This document shows, piece after piece, positions 40,947 through 51,038 of a DNA stretch of 64,000 nucleotides (position 1 is the first letter of the stretch; every line of letters starts with the position of its first letter). Source of the stretch: Pseudomonadota bacterium (GTDB lineage: Bacteria; Bdellovibrionota_F; JAHFAK01; JBDREC01); the NCBI GenBank assembly GCA_043820105.1, contig JBDREC010000090.1:62001-126000 (forward strand), given 5' to 3'. Under the pieces are notes generated by a model that was not told the origin of the DNA, did no database searches, and saw nothing but the letters and a program-made list of their open reading frames with translations. The position numbers were made by a program, and so were the translations under genes.

Positions 40947-42059
40947 ATGTATATAATGTATAGAAAACCTAAAATCTTAATCTTAATCTTAATCTTAATC
41001 TTAATCTTAATCCCAATATTATCATATTCCTCCACTCCAATACTAAAAAAAACAAAACTTGGCATAGTTCCATTTCCAATTGCTGCCTATCAGCCTGAAA
41101 CATCGCTGCTTATAGGTGCTATGGCTATTATTTATTATAATGCCTATCCAGAACTTGAAGATTTTAAGCAGGATGTTTATGATGTAAGGATTGCTTATTC
41201 ATTAAAAAACCAGGCCCAATTCAAAGCCCAGTTTGATAAATACTTTTTGATAAATGATTTAAAACTTCATTCAGAATTCAGAGCTTATCGTTTTCCTGAT
41301 AATTTTTGGGGAATAGGGCCTGAAACTCTTGATACTGCCTTGGAAGAGTACACTCCTGTATTATTGAACTTTAAACCTTTCTTATCATATCAACTTATTA
41401 AAAATCTTTATTTGGGTTTTTTATATGATCTTTATTATGTCTACATGGAAGAAGTTGAGGCAGGTGGTCTTTTAGATACAGGAAGTATAGAAGGCTCAGA
41501 TGGGGCTTTATCTTCTGGGGCAGGGTTAATATTCACTTATGATACTAGAGATAGTTCTTTATATACAAAAAAAGGTATGTTTATTGAATCTGATTTATTG
41601 TTTTATCAAAAGTTTTTGGGCAGTGATAATAATTTTATGAAACTTAAAATAAATGGCAGACATTTTTTTAATTTTTATGAAAATCAGGTTTTTGCTTTTC
41701 AATATATTTTTGAAGAAGCTATGTTTGATGTTCCCTTTACTATGATGTCGCGTCTTGGTGGAGCAGAAATGATGAGAGGCTATTACGATGGTCGTTATAT
41801 GGATAAAAGCTACACCGCCTTTCAAGCTGAATACAGAATGCCAATTTACTGGCGTATTGGAGCAACAGTCTTTACTTCAATTGGCCAAGTCGCTGACGCA
41901 TTTTGGGATTATAATTTTGAAAATATAAAAACATCATTCGGTGGTGGCCTTCGCTTTGCTCTTGATAAGAAGGAAAGGATTAACTTGAGGGCCGATTTAG
42001 CAATTACTGGAGACTTTGGTACACCTGAGTTTTATGTGAATATTCTTGAAGCATTTTAA
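40947..42059 (+). CDS. Omp85/BamA-TamA family outer-membrane beta-barrel (no POTRA domains evident)
   Basis: YDTRD, LGG..MMRGYY.GRY.D, AEYR.PI, GGGLRF, NLRAD, C-terminal EAF. Confidence 0.85.
   Translation: MYIMYRKPKILILILILILILIPILSYSSTPILKKTKLGIVPFPIAAYQPETSLLIGAMAIIYYNAYPELEDFKQDVYDVRIAYSLKNQAQFKAQFDKYFLINDLKLHSEFRAYRFPDNFWGIGPETLDTALEEYTPVLLNFKPFLSYQLIKNLYLGFLYDLYYVYMEEVEAGGLLDTGSIEGSDGALSSGAGLIFTYDTRDSSLYTKKGMFIESDLLFYQKFLGSDNNFMKLKINGRHFFNFYENQVFAFQYIFEEAMFDVPFTMMSRLGGAEMMRGYYDGRYMDKSYTAFQAEYRMPIYWRIGATVFTSIGQVADAFWDYNFENIKTSFGGGLRFALDKKERINLRADLAITGDFGTPEFYVNILEAF
40973..41012. repeat. (AATCTT)6+ in-frame microsatellite encoding (IL)n signal-peptide core
   Basis: Six perfect copies plus AATC. 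Confidence 0.9.
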
Positions 42060-42141
42060 ATTTTGGATTTTGAATTTTGAATTATAATACTATTTAAAAG
42101 CAATCCAAAATCCAAAATTCAAAATTTCGAATTTCGAATTT
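42055..42141. repeat. Heptamer TTTTGRA array plus inverted copy between convergent genes
   Basis: ttttaaattttggattttgaattttgaatt ... aatccaaaatccaaaattcaaaatttcgaatttcgaa. Confidence 0.75.
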
Positions 42142-42149
42142 ATACACTC

Positions 42150-43160
42150 TTATTTATTCAAACTTTCCCTTAACACACTATCAGCATAATAAATAAGCTT
42201 TTGCAATCCTGTCCGAGCTACTGCTGAAATAGGAAATATTTTTATCTTTTTCTTTTTGAAATAATTTTCAATTTCATTTGGTACTTTGCCATTTTCTGAT
42301 AAGACATCGCATTTATTTAATACAACAATTTGTCTTTTTGAAGCTAAGTCTTTTGAATATGTTTGCAGTTCCTTGTTTATAACTTCATACCTTTTGATAT
42401 TTTCATCTGGCTCTAAAGACATGTCTAAAAAATGAAAAAGATACTTGGTTCTTTCTGCATGTTTTAGAAATCTGTGTCCAAGACCAATTCCAGCACTTGC
42501 GCCTTCTACGAGTCCTGGTAAGTCAGCAATAACAAAGCTTCTATAGTCTTCCACTTTAACTATACCTAAATTCGGTCTTAATGTTGTGAAAGGATAATCT
42601 GCGATTTTTGGTCTTGCGTTGCTAATTGCAGAGATGAATGTTGATTTTCCTACATTGGGGAATCCAATTATTCCAATATCAGCGATTACTTTAAGCTCCA
42701 GGACTATTATTTTTTCTTCACCTTGTTCACCTAATTCAAATCTTTTAGGTGCTTGGTTTATTGAAGAAGTAAAACACTGGTTGCCTCTACCCGCATTTCC
42801 ACCTTTTGCTAATAAAAATACCTCACCCTTTGTTGAAAGATCTTTTATTTGTTCTTTTGTTTCGCTATCAATGATGACAGTTCCAACTGGCACCAATAGA
42901 GTAATGTCTTCTCCAGAAGCACCTGTTTTATTGTTGCTACCACCATCTTCGCCACGTTTTGCATTGTAGTGTTGCTTGTATTTGAAATCTATAAGAGTTG
43001 TAAGGCTTTCAGTTGCTTTTACGTATACATCTCCGCCTTTTCCTCCACAACCTCCATCAGGACCGCCTTTTGGAATAAACTTTTCTCGCCTAAAGCTTAA
43101 GCATCCAGCTCCACCATTTCCTGACCTAATGTAAATTTTTGCATAGTCGATAAATTTCAT
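42150..43160 (-). CDS. obgE: GTPase ObgE/CgtA
   Basis: FRREKFIPKGGPDGG, GFPNVGKST, YPFTT, DLPGL, NKCD. Confidence 0.97.
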   Translation of the reverse strand: MKFIDYAKIYIRSGNGGAGCLSFRREKFIPKGGPDGGCGGKGGDVYVKATESLTTLIDFKYKQHYNAKRGEDGGSNNKTGASGEDITLLVPVGTVIIDSETKEQIKDLSTKGEVFLLAKGGNAGRGNQCFTSSINQAPKRFELGEQGEEKIIVLELKVIADIGIIGFPNVGKSTFISAISNARPKIADYPFTTLRPNLGIVKVEDYRSFVIADLPGLVEGASAGIGLGHRFLKHAERTKYLFHFLDMSLEPDENIKRYEVINKELQTYSKDLASKRQIVVLNKCDVLSENGKVPNEIENYFKKKKIKIFPISAVARTGLQKLIYYADSVLRESLNK

Positions 43161-43262
43161 TTAACTCTTTTCCAATATAGTAATATCTTTATCTTTTATA
43201 TAATCAAAACTTTGTATTATAAGCTGAAGGCTAAAAGGCTGAAAGCGGAAGGCATACTTTGC

Positions 43263-43517
43263 TTAAGCTGCGTAAACACTAATTTTCTTTCTCTTCTTAT
43301 CATGGTGTTCAAATTTAACTACGCCATCAATTAATGCAAAAAGAGTATAATCTTTTCCACACCCTACATTATTTCCAGGATGAAATACTGTTCCAAGCTG
43401 TCTAACCAATATATTCCCAGCTCTAACAACTTGACCACCATAGCGTTTAACACCACGCCTTTGAGCATTTGAATCTCTACCGTTTCTAGAGCTACCTTGA
43501 CCTTTTTTATGTGCCAT
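43263..43517 (-). CDS. rpmA: 50S ribosomal protein L27
   Basis: [23 protein letters not shown]. Confidence 0.98.
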   Translation of the reverse strand: MAHKKGQGSSRNGRDSNAQRRGVKRYGGQVVRAGNILVRQLGTVFHPGNNVGCGKDYTLFALIDGVVKFEHHDKKRKKISVYAA

Positions 43518-43532
43518 GACTACTTTCCTTTA

Positions 43533-43853
43533 TTAATTTGCTTCAACAATTATTTCTTCAACTTTTAATTTTGTAATTAATTGCCTATGACCTCTTGTTT
43601 TTTTATAGCCTTTTCTTCTTTTTTTCTTGAAAACTAGAACTTTTTTGTCTTTGTATTCATCAACTAAAGAGGCAATTACTTTGCATCCCTTTAAGAAAGG
43701 TTTTCCTATGAGAATGTTCTCACATCCGCCTATCATCAAGACTTTATCAAGCTCAATGTTTTTATCAGGCTCTGAAGCTAGTTTTTCAACTTCAAAACTT
43801 TCACCTTGAATTACTTTATACTGTTTTCCACCAGTTTCAATTATTGCATACAT
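43533..43853 (-). CDS. rplU: 50S ribosomal protein L21
   Basis: MYAIIETGGKQY..GHRQ; start moved to ATG at 43853 behind SD GGAG. Confidence 0.96.
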   Translation of the reverse strand: MYAIIETGGKQYKVIQGESFEVEKLASEPDKNIELDKVLMIGGCENILIGKPFLKGCKVIASLVDEYKDKKVLVFKKKRRKGYKKTRGHRQLITKLKVEEIIVEAN

Positions 43854-44007
43854 TTTATTCTCCAAATTAGACAAAATTATCCTATATCTCGGAAGGTGGC
43901 ATTATATATTGAGTTAAAATTCAAAAGTCAAGAGATAATAAGGAAAAATATAAAGTTACAAATTGAAATTGTTTTAAATAAGCGCTTTATTTTAATGGTT
44001 ATTATTA

Positions 44008-44045
44008 ATTTTGAATTTTGAATTTTGAATTTTAAATTTTGAATT
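44008..44045. repeat. Heptamer ATTTTGA tandem repeat
   Basis: attttgaattttgaattttgaattttaaattttgaatt. Confidence 0.75.
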
Positions 44046-44050
44046 ATTAA

Positions 44051-45688
44051 TTATAAACCCATTCCCTCTTCAATTACTGAAAATGGGATGGATCCAAAGC
44101 TCAAAAGCTCATCATGAAATTCTTTGAGTTTATAGCTTTTGCCTTTAGATTTCTTATACTTAGCTCGCATTTTTAAGATTTCATATTTGCCAATCAAATA
44201 AGTTAATGGATAGCCAGGCGTAAGAGTGTATCTAATAACATCAGATGTGGCGGTATTTCTACCCATTTTTGAAACATCTATAAGCATTTTTATCGCCTCG
44301 TTAAAGGTCATTTTTCCAGTGTGTAGTTTGATATCAATAATAACCCTGCAGGCTCTCCAGAGTTGATTTTTTAATTTGAAAAGTTTTTCTTCTGGTTTTT
44401 TTAGAAAACCTTGTTCTTGCATCATCTCTTCACAATATACAGCCCATCCTTCATTCATGAATTCTGATTCCATAAATTTTCTAACATTTGACTTAACAGA
44501 ACTAGCGGCAGAAATCTGCAAGTGATGGCCTGGAAAGGCTTCATGGACTGCTATGACAGGAATTGAGTAAAAACAATGATCTCGAAGTTTTAATTCTTGA
44601 GCTTTTTTAGAGGCTTTTTCTTCAACTGGCGTTATCCAAAAAAAGCTCTCTTGGATATTGTCAAAGGGAGCCGGGGGTACTATAGCTGCATGAGAGATTG
44701 TTGGTCTCTCAAACTCTGGAGTATAGACTATGTGAAGTCTTTCATTTTTGGGAATTGATACAATATCTTTTTCTCTAATAAATTTTTTTGCTTCTAACAT
44801 TTTCGTTCGATAAGAGTGAATTAGCTCCTGCTTTGGTGGATGATCTTTTTTTAGTTCTTCTATTAATTCTTCCCAAGACTTGTTTGGATCGATTTTCTTA
44901 GCTACTTTTTCAATATCGCGGATTGTTTTTTTCAAAAGCTTTTCACCAAGCAAAAGAATATCGTCGCATGAATATGGAAGCATGTGTTTTGTATTAATAA
45001 TAAACTGTAAGTAATCTTCGCCACACGCTAGGTTCTTTGTATTTTTGCCTGTAATTTTCTTTTCAATGAACTTTGTAAAGTCTTCAAGGGCTGTAATTGC
45101 TTTTTTTCGTTTTGTGTATAATTTGTTTTCAGTTTTTTTATCCAAATAACCAACGAATTCATCAAAGGCGTTTTCAAGCAAGGCAACGCCGCCTTCTGCT
45201 GTTCCAGCTGCTACTTGCAACCAAATATCAGGAATATCCTTGTTGGGTCTAAGGTTAGCTTTAGCATCCTTAAAAAACTGTGGAATGGCAGAAAGTCTAT
45301 TTATAAGGTTTTCTGCAATTACTTCTGTTTCTGCATATTCTCTCATTAAGAGCAGGTATATTGAATAAATACAGGTTTGAGGATAGACGCTTGGGTTTTT
45401 ATACAATATCTTTTCTACATCCCATTCTCTAATATCAAACTTTAGTTGGTTTTCTAAAAGTTTTTTATCAAGATATTCACCCTTTGATTTTTTTAATGAA
45501 AATTTTTGTAATTTATTTAAATAAGCTTTTTTCTTTTTTATGGTTTTTTCAATGCCTTCTTTTGAAAAATCTTCAATGAAGTTGTCAAATTTGTGGATTC
45601 CTGAGGCAGTGGCATTTGTTGGCTTGATCTTCCAACAATAATCTATGATTTCATCTGATAACTTTTTAAAATTAGTTTGCATTTTCAT
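44051..45688 (-). CDS. DUF885 family protein (putative metallopeptidase)
   Basis: P..AT..GIH, HEAFPGHH, EGWAVY.E, RACRVIIDI.LH, PGY.L.Y..G, FHD.LL..G. Confidence 0.88.
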   Translation of the reverse strand: MKMQTNFKKLSDEIIDYCWKIKPTNATASGIHKFDNFIEDFSKEGIEKTIKKKKAYLNKLQKFSLKKSKGEYLDKKLLENQLKFDIREWDVEKILYKNPSVYPQTCIYSIYLLLMREYAETEVIAENLINRLSAIPQFFKDAKANLRPNKDIPDIWLQVAAGTAEGGVALLENAFDEFVGYLDKKTENKLYTKRKKAITALEDFTKFIEKKITGKNTKNLACGEDYLQFIINTKHMLPYSCDDILLLGEKLLKKTIRDIEKVAKKIDPNKSWEELIEELKKDHPPKQELIHSYRTKMLEAKKFIREKDIVSIPKNERLHIVYTPEFERPTISHAAIVPPAPFDNIQESFFWITPVEEKASKKAQELKLRDHCFYSIPVIAVHEAFPGHHLQISAASSVKSNVRKFMESEFMNEGWAVYCEEMMQEQGFLKKPEEKLFKLKNQLWRACRVIIDIKLHTGKMTFNEAIKMLIDVSKMGRNTATSDVIRYTLTPGYPLTYLIGKYEILKMRAKYKKSKGKSYKLKEFHDELLSFGSIPFSVIEEGMGL

Positions 45689-45840
45689 ACTTTATTAATT
45701 TAATTATTAAAATGATAAGAAATTGTTCTACCTAAGTCAAGTATCGTTTATTGTTGATTTTTTTAACTAAATGCCCAATACGTTATGCCAAATACTATAA
45801 AATGTTTGATTTTGTAGAATAATCATGTAAGAAGGTTTTT

Positions 45841-46506
45841 ATGGATAATATACTTAAATTTCCTCTGTTTATTACTTTTGAGGGGGTTGAAGGATCTGGA
45901 AAATCTACAATTATCAAAAAGATTAGTAAGTTTTTGTCAGATAATTCAATTAAAAATACTCTAACTTTAGAGCCAGGTGGAACACCCCTTGGTGATCTTA
46001 TTCGTGAAATCCTTTTGAAAAAAGAAGAAGTTGCAATTGGATCAAAGGCTGAACTCATGCTTTTTTTAGCTTCAAGGGTTCAGCATATTGAAGAAAAGAT
46101 TATTCCTTCTTTAAATAATGGAATAACAGTCCTTTGTGATAGATATCATGACTCTAGCCTTGTTTATCAAGGTATTGCAAGAAATCTGGGTTTTTCTTTT
46201 GTGGAAAAAATGAATAAAGAAGCAACTGGTGATTATAAGCCAGTACTAACTTTCTTGTTAGATGTTGATGCAGAAGAAGGATTAAAAAGAATTAGCACAA
46301 GGAAAGAACTTGATAGACTTGATAAGGCAGGAACGGAGTTTCACTTAAAAGTTAGAGACGGTTTTTTGGCGCAAGCAAAGGCAGAGCCTGAAAGAATTCA
46401 TGTTGTTGATACAACTTTTGGGATTCAAGATACTGTTGATAGGGTAATTGAATTATTAAAAAAGCTTACTGATTTGGGTGAACATTTAAATGCAATTATT
46501 AAATAA
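45841..46506 (+). CDS. tmk: Thymidylate kinase
   Basis: FITFEGVEGSGKST, EPGGT, CDRY..S...YQG. Confidence 0.96.
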   Translation: MDNILKFPLFITFEGVEGSGKSTIIKKISKFLSDNSIKNTLTLEPGGTPLGDLIREILLKKEEVAIGSKAELMLFLASRVQHIEEKIIPSLNNGITVLCDRYHDSSLVYQGIARNLGFSFVEKMNKEATGDYKPVLTFLLDVDAEEGLKRISTRKELDRLDKAGTEFHLKVRDGFLAQAKAEPERIHVVDTTFGIQDTVDRVIELLKKLTDLGEHLNAIIK

Positions 46507-47338
46507 ATATATAAATAAAAGACAGGCAAGTGGTTCATTTTTATTGCTTGGATCTGAAAATAAAAATAAATATGCAGCCTTTGAAAAATATCTTATGGAA
46601 ATCAATTGCCTTTCTGAAGATACCCAGAAACCTTGCCAGCTTTGTACTTCCTGTGTAAAGATTAAAAAAGACATTCATCCAGACCTTATAACTATTAGAC
46701 CTGAAGATGAAATTATTCGAATTGATGAAATAAGAAAAATGAAAAAGGTACTTGCTCTTTCAAATTTTGAAAGCAAGGTAAGGGCAGTTGCTATTATTGA
46801 TGCTGAGAAAATGAATATTCAATCACAAAATGCTCTTTTGAAAATACTTGAAGAGCCGCCTGGCAATACATTGATTTTTCTTTTTGCAAAAAGGATTTTT
46901 GAACTTTTACCAACAATTGTTTCGCGCTGTATTCGAATTCGTTTTTCAAGCTTGGCTACTTCACTATTTGCTACAGAACAAGAAAATCAGCATTTTGATG
47001 AGATAATTGAAATATTTCATAAAAGAAAAATTGATGATCTTTATAGAATGATTGATAAAATGCTTCAAGATAATTATTTTCTGAAAACATCTTTGGAAGT
47101 GTTTTTAAAAATATTGTCAGATCTAGTTTTGATAAAGAATAAGTATGATTTAAGAAAGCATGTTTATTTTAAGAATAAATATGAAACCTTATTCTCAGTT
47201 TCTCAGGGATTCACTCTTAGAGAAATTGAAAATATTTTTATTAGTGCTATTAATGTATATGAAAATATTGACAAAACTTTTAATATGCAATTAATGCTAG
47301 AAAGCTTATTTATAAATTCAAATTTTTTGGAAGATTAA
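46490..47338 (+). CDS. holB: DNA polymerase III delta' subunit
   Basis: C..C.SC zinc motif, HPD, QNALLKILEEPP, LLPTIVSRC; follows tmk. Confidence 0.9.
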   Translation: MQLLNKYINKRQASGSFLLLGSENKNKYAAFEKYLMEINCLSEDTQKPCQLCTSCVKIKKDIHPDLITIRPEDEIIRIDEIRKMKKVLALSNFESKVRAVAIIDAEKMNIQSQNALLKILEEPPGNTLIFLFAKRIFELLPTIVSRCIRIRFSSLATSLFATEQENQHFDEIIEIFHKRKIDDLYRMIDKMLQDNYFLKTSLEVFLKILSDLVLIKNKYDLRKHVYFKNKYETLFSVSQGFTLREIENIFISAINVYENIDKTFNMQLMLESLFINSNFLED

Positions 47339-47344
47339 AGACTT

Positions 47345-48241
47345 ATGAAGATAGCAAAAATCAGATTCACAAAAAAAGGGAAGCTATATAATTTCGATCT
47401 AAATAATATTAGTATTAGAGAAGGCGATCATGCTCTTGTCGCTACAAAAACTGGAAAAGGAATTGGCGAAGTCATTACAATCATTGAAGAGGATTCTAAT
47501 AACATTTTAAAAAAGGTGCTAAAAAAAGCTGATCAAAAGGATTTTGAAATTTATAGCAATCTCATTGAAAAAGAAAAAGAGGGATTTAAATATTGTCTTG
47601 AAAGAATTGATGCTGGCCAATTGAGTATGAAGCTTGTAAAAGTTAAATTCCTGCCAGATGGTTCAAAGGCTATTTTTTACTATACAGCTGCTGAAAGAGT
47701 TGATTTTAGAATGCTTGTTAAAGAACTTGCAAAAAAATTCCATACCAGAATTCAAATGCATCAAATTGGTGTTAGAGATGAAGCAAAAATGGTTGGTGGT
47801 CTTTCTTGTTGTGGTAGAGAACTCTGCTGTTCAACTTTTTTAAATAATTTTGCTTCTGTTTCAATAAAGATGGCAAAGGATCAAAATTTACCCTTAAATC
47901 CAAATAAAATATCTGGCATGTGTGATCGTTTAATGTGTTGTTTAGCTTTTGAACATGAGCAGTATTGTGTTTTAGGCAAAGGTATTCCAAGGCAGGGCGC
48001 AGTTGTTAGTCACATGGGTGAACAATTCATAGTTATTTCAAGTGATATACTTTCTCAGACATTAATAATTAAGAATAAAGAGCAATATAAAAAAGTTAAA
48101 GTTTCAGAGGTTAATAAAGTTTCAGATGCAGAAGTTGAAATTGATGAAATTGAACCAATGAGTAAAGACGAAATTAGTAAACTTGAAAATGATTATGTGT
48201 CTGATAAACAAGATAATGAATTAGAAGAGGACGAGTTCTAG
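47345..48241 (+). CDS. PSP1-domain protein (YaaT/RicT family)
   Basis: FYYTA.ERVDFR.LVK, IGVRDEAK..GG..CCGRELCC, KISG.C.RLMCCL.FE. Confidence 0.92.
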   Translation: MKIAKIRFTKKGKLYNFDLNNISIREGDHALVATKTGKGIGEVITIIEEDSNNILKKVLKKADQKDFEIYSNLIEKEKEGFKYCLERIDAGQLSMKLVKVKFLPDGSKAIFYYTAAERVDFRMLVKELAKKFHTRIQMHQIGVRDEAKMVGGLSCCGRELCCSTFLNNFASVSIKMAKDQNLPLNPNKISGMCDRLMCCLAFEHEQYCVLGKGIPRQGAVVSHMGEQFIVISSDILSQTLIIKNKEQYKKVKVSEVNKVSDAEVEIDEIEPMSKDEISKLENDYVSDKQDNELEEDEF

Positions 48242-48250
48242 GATAAAAAA

Positions 48251-49636
48251 ATGATTGATTCTCATGCCCATCTTGAATTTAAGGATTATAACAATGATTT
48301 TGATGAAGTTTTATCAAGAGCTAGGAAAGAAAATATTGACTGGATTTTAAATGTAGGTTCAGCTGGTGGAATCGCTACAGTTAAAAAGTCTCAAGAATTA
48401 TCAAAAAAATATCAACAGATATATTTTTCAACAGGCATTCATCCACATCAGGCAAGTGTTTGTACCCTGGATGATATAAATCAAATTGAAGCATTTATTA
48501 ATGATAAAAAGTGTATTGCAATTGGTGAAACTGGGATTGACCTTCACTATGATTTTTCAGAGCGAAAAGATCAAATTAAATTATTTGAAAAGCATATTGA
48601 CATAAGTGAAAAATCAAAACTTCCTATTATTATTCACTGCAGAGAAGCATTTGAAGATGTATTGGAAATAATAAAGAATTATAATATAAATGGAGTGTTT
48701 CATTGTTTCTCAGGGAATATCAGTGATGCAGAGAAAGTTATTGATTTAGGATATTATATTTCCATACCTGGTGTTATTACTTTTAAAAATGCAAAAGATC
48801 TTTGTGATGTTGTTGAAAATATCCCTAATGAGAAAATATTAATTGAAACGGATTGCCCATTTTTATCACCAGTTCCATTTCGCGGAAGACGAAATGAACC
48901 TTCCTACATCAAATACACAGCACAAAAAATCGCTGAAGTTCTAAAAATAAGTCTTGAAGATGTTGATAGAATTACCACGAGAAATACATATTCACTTTTT
49001 TCAAAAGCCCAGAAACCAAATCAATATTCACAAGCAAAGTTAGCTTATAAAATTAGGAACTCTTTATATTTAAATATAACTAATAAATGTAATCTTGCCT
49101 GTATCTTTTGTGCAAAGAGAAATGATTTTACGGTAAAAGGGCATTTTTTGAAATTAGAAGTAGAGCCTGATTTTAATGACGTACTTAGCGCAATTAATGA
49201 GTTTGAAGATAATTACAATGAGATTGTTTTTTGTGGTTTTGGAGAACCAACTTTGCGCTTAGACTTAATCCTGAAAATATCAAAATATTTAAAGGATAAA
49301 AATAAAAACATAAAAATTAGAATTAACACTGATGGGCTTGGTAATTTAATTTATAGAAGAAACATAATTAAGGAATTACATGGTCTTGTGGATTCTATGT
49401 CAATTAGTTTAAATACATCGGATCCTAATCAGTATTTGACAATATGTCCTTCAAAATATGGGGTAAAAGCATTTTTCGAAGTTATTGATTTTATTAAGGA
49501 AGCACAAAAAATAATCGGTGATGTTACTGTGACTGCTGTAGAGCTTCCTGATCTTGATATTGAGGTATTTAAAAAATTTGTAGCAAAAGAATTAAAAGTA
49601 AAATATAGATTAAGAGCTTTTAATGTTGTAGGATAA
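48251..49636 (+). CDS. tatD: TatD nuclease fused to TatD-associated radical SAM domain
   Basis: IDSHAHL, GIHPH, IGETG.D, ETDCP; C-terminal YLNITNKCNLACIFC, FCGFGEP, NTDG. Confidence 0.92.
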   Translation: MIDSHAHLEFKDYNNDFDEVLSRARKENIDWILNVGSAGGIATVKKSQELSKKYQQIYFSTGIHPHQASVCTLDDINQIEAFINDKKCIAIGETGIDLHYDFSERKDQIKLFEKHIDISEKSKLPIIIHCREAFEDVLEIIKNYNINGVFHCFSGNISDAEKVIDLGYYISIPGVITFKNAKDLCDVVENIPNEKILIETDCPFLSPVPFRGRRNEPSYIKYTAQKIAEVLKISLEDVDRITTRNTYSLFSKAQKPNQYSQAKLAYKIRNSLYLNITNKCNLACIFCAKRNDFTVKGHFLKLEVEPDFNDVLSAINEFEDNYNEIVFCGFGEPTLRLDLILKISKYLKDKNKNIKIRINTDGLGNLIYRRNIIKELHGLVDSMSISLNTSDPNQYLTICPSKYGVKAFFEVIDFIKEAQKIIGDVTVTAVELPDLDIEVFKKFVAKELKVKYRLRAFNVVG

Positions 49637-49655
49637 TTTTATTTTCAGTCACGCC

Positions 49656-49684
49656 TTGACAACTTGCGTTATGAGTGCTATCGT
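49656..49684 (+). promoter_or_regulatory. Sigma70 promoter upstream of PilZ gene
   Basis: TTGACA-17nt-TATCGT with extended TG. Confidence 0.55.
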
Positions 49685-49723
49685 TAATATATATGCTGTT
49701 AGATTTTAGAGGTTAATTTACTG

Positions 49724-50059
49724 ATGTTTAAGAGAAATAGGATTAGTGATAGATTTAAAGTAAAAATTCCTGTTAGTTCAGAAAAACTGGATAAAAATTC
49801 AATGATTACAAATATGAGTATGTCCGGGGCTTTTATTTCAACAAAACAGAAAGTGCTTATAGGTGAAGAAATACAATTTTATGCCTATATATCATTTATT
49901 GATACTGAAATTGATTTAAGTGGTAGAGTCGCATGGATTTATAATAATGGTAGTGAGTCTGGATTTGGTATAGAATTTGCTGATATTGATGGAATAAATT
50001 TTGATAAACTGCTTCAATTTAATTTAACGAAAAATCTGGCTATTTCTGAAGATATTTAG
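49724..50059 (+). CDS. PilZ-domain protein
   Basis: RISDR (RxxxR), NMSMSGAFI (D/NxSxxG), GRVAW, GFGIEF. Confidence 0.85.
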   Translation: MFKRNRISDRFKVKIPVSSEKLDKNSMITNMSMSGAFISTKQKVLIGEEIQFYAYISFIDTEIDLSGRVAWIYNNGSESGFGIEFADIDGINFDKLLQFNLTKNLAISEDI

Positions 50060-50138
50060 TTCCTCGTTTTTTCTTCCTGGCTTGATAATTTCTTTCTTTC
50101 TAAGTATAAAATCAATAAAAAGCAAATAAAGGATAAAT

Positions 50139-50957
50139 ATGTTTTCTTTTGAATTTGAATTAATTGAAAAAAAAGATTATGCTGAATTTTATTTGCTTAA
50201 ATTTAGAGCAGAACTTTCTGAAAAGCTTGATGCAATATTTATTCCTGGTCAGTTTACTATGTTTGCTGATGCTTCCATAAGCGAAAATAGGATTTTAAAT
50301 CGTCCATTTTCAATTTATAGTTGGGAACTTATTAATGACTTTTTATATATTAGCCTTGTTATAAAGCCAGTAGGATTGAAATCAAAAAAGATTTGCCAGT
50401 CAAAAATTGGAACGAAGTCTAAAATGATTCTTCCACTTGGAAATGGTTTTCGATCAAATTATATAGATTCAATAAAAATTCTTATTAGCGGTGGTTATGG
50501 TTTTGTTCCCTTAAAATCTATTTATGAACTTACTGTTTCTGATGATCTGCTTTGGCTTCATGGATCAAAAACACATAAAGAAAATATTGCAGTCAAAAAA
50601 ATCTTAGGTAATGAAATAAAAATCTCATTTGCTTCTGAAGAAGATAATGGGCAGCTTGTTACAGATTTGCTCTCAGATATTTTACCTTTACTCAAAGATA
50701 AAAAAGTTGAGATGTTTTCCTGCGGTCCAAGTGCTATGTTTAAGGCGGTCTATGAAATAGTAAAAGCCAAAGAAAACATAAATACTTATTTTTCATATGA
50801 AACTATAATGGCTTGTGGTTTAGGTATTTGCTTAGGATGTGCAGTTGAAATACATAAGCCAAAGTGTTGTTGCGGAAAGGAAGAGGGTTTTAGTACATAT
50901 AAAATGGTGTGCTCTGATGGGCCTGTGTTTAGTGGGGAAGAATTGTTTGGAGCTTGA
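50139..50957 (+). CDS. pyrK: Dihydroorotate dehydrogenase electron transfer subunit
   Basis: PGQF, RPFSI, PLGNGF, GG.G..P, CGP, MACGLGICLGC, VCSDGPVF. Confidence 0.9.
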   Translation: MFSFEFELIEKKDYAEFYLLKFRAELSEKLDAIFIPGQFTMFADASISENRILNRPFSIYSWELINDFLYISLVIKPVGLKSKKICQSKIGTKSKMILPLGNGFRSNYIDSIKILISGGYGFVPLKSIYELTVSDDLLWLHGSKTHKENIAVKKILGNEIKISFASEEDNGQLVTDLLSDILPLLKDKKVEMFSCGPSAMFKAVYEIVKAKENINTYFSYETIMACGLGICLGCAVEIHKPKCCCGKEEGFSTYKMVCSDGPVFSGEELFGA

Positions 50958-51038
50958 GAGTTGCGTGGTAAGTTGTATGTGATAAGTAAATTATGGATTT
51001 TGGATTTTGAATTGAATATTTAAAATAAAGGGATTAAA

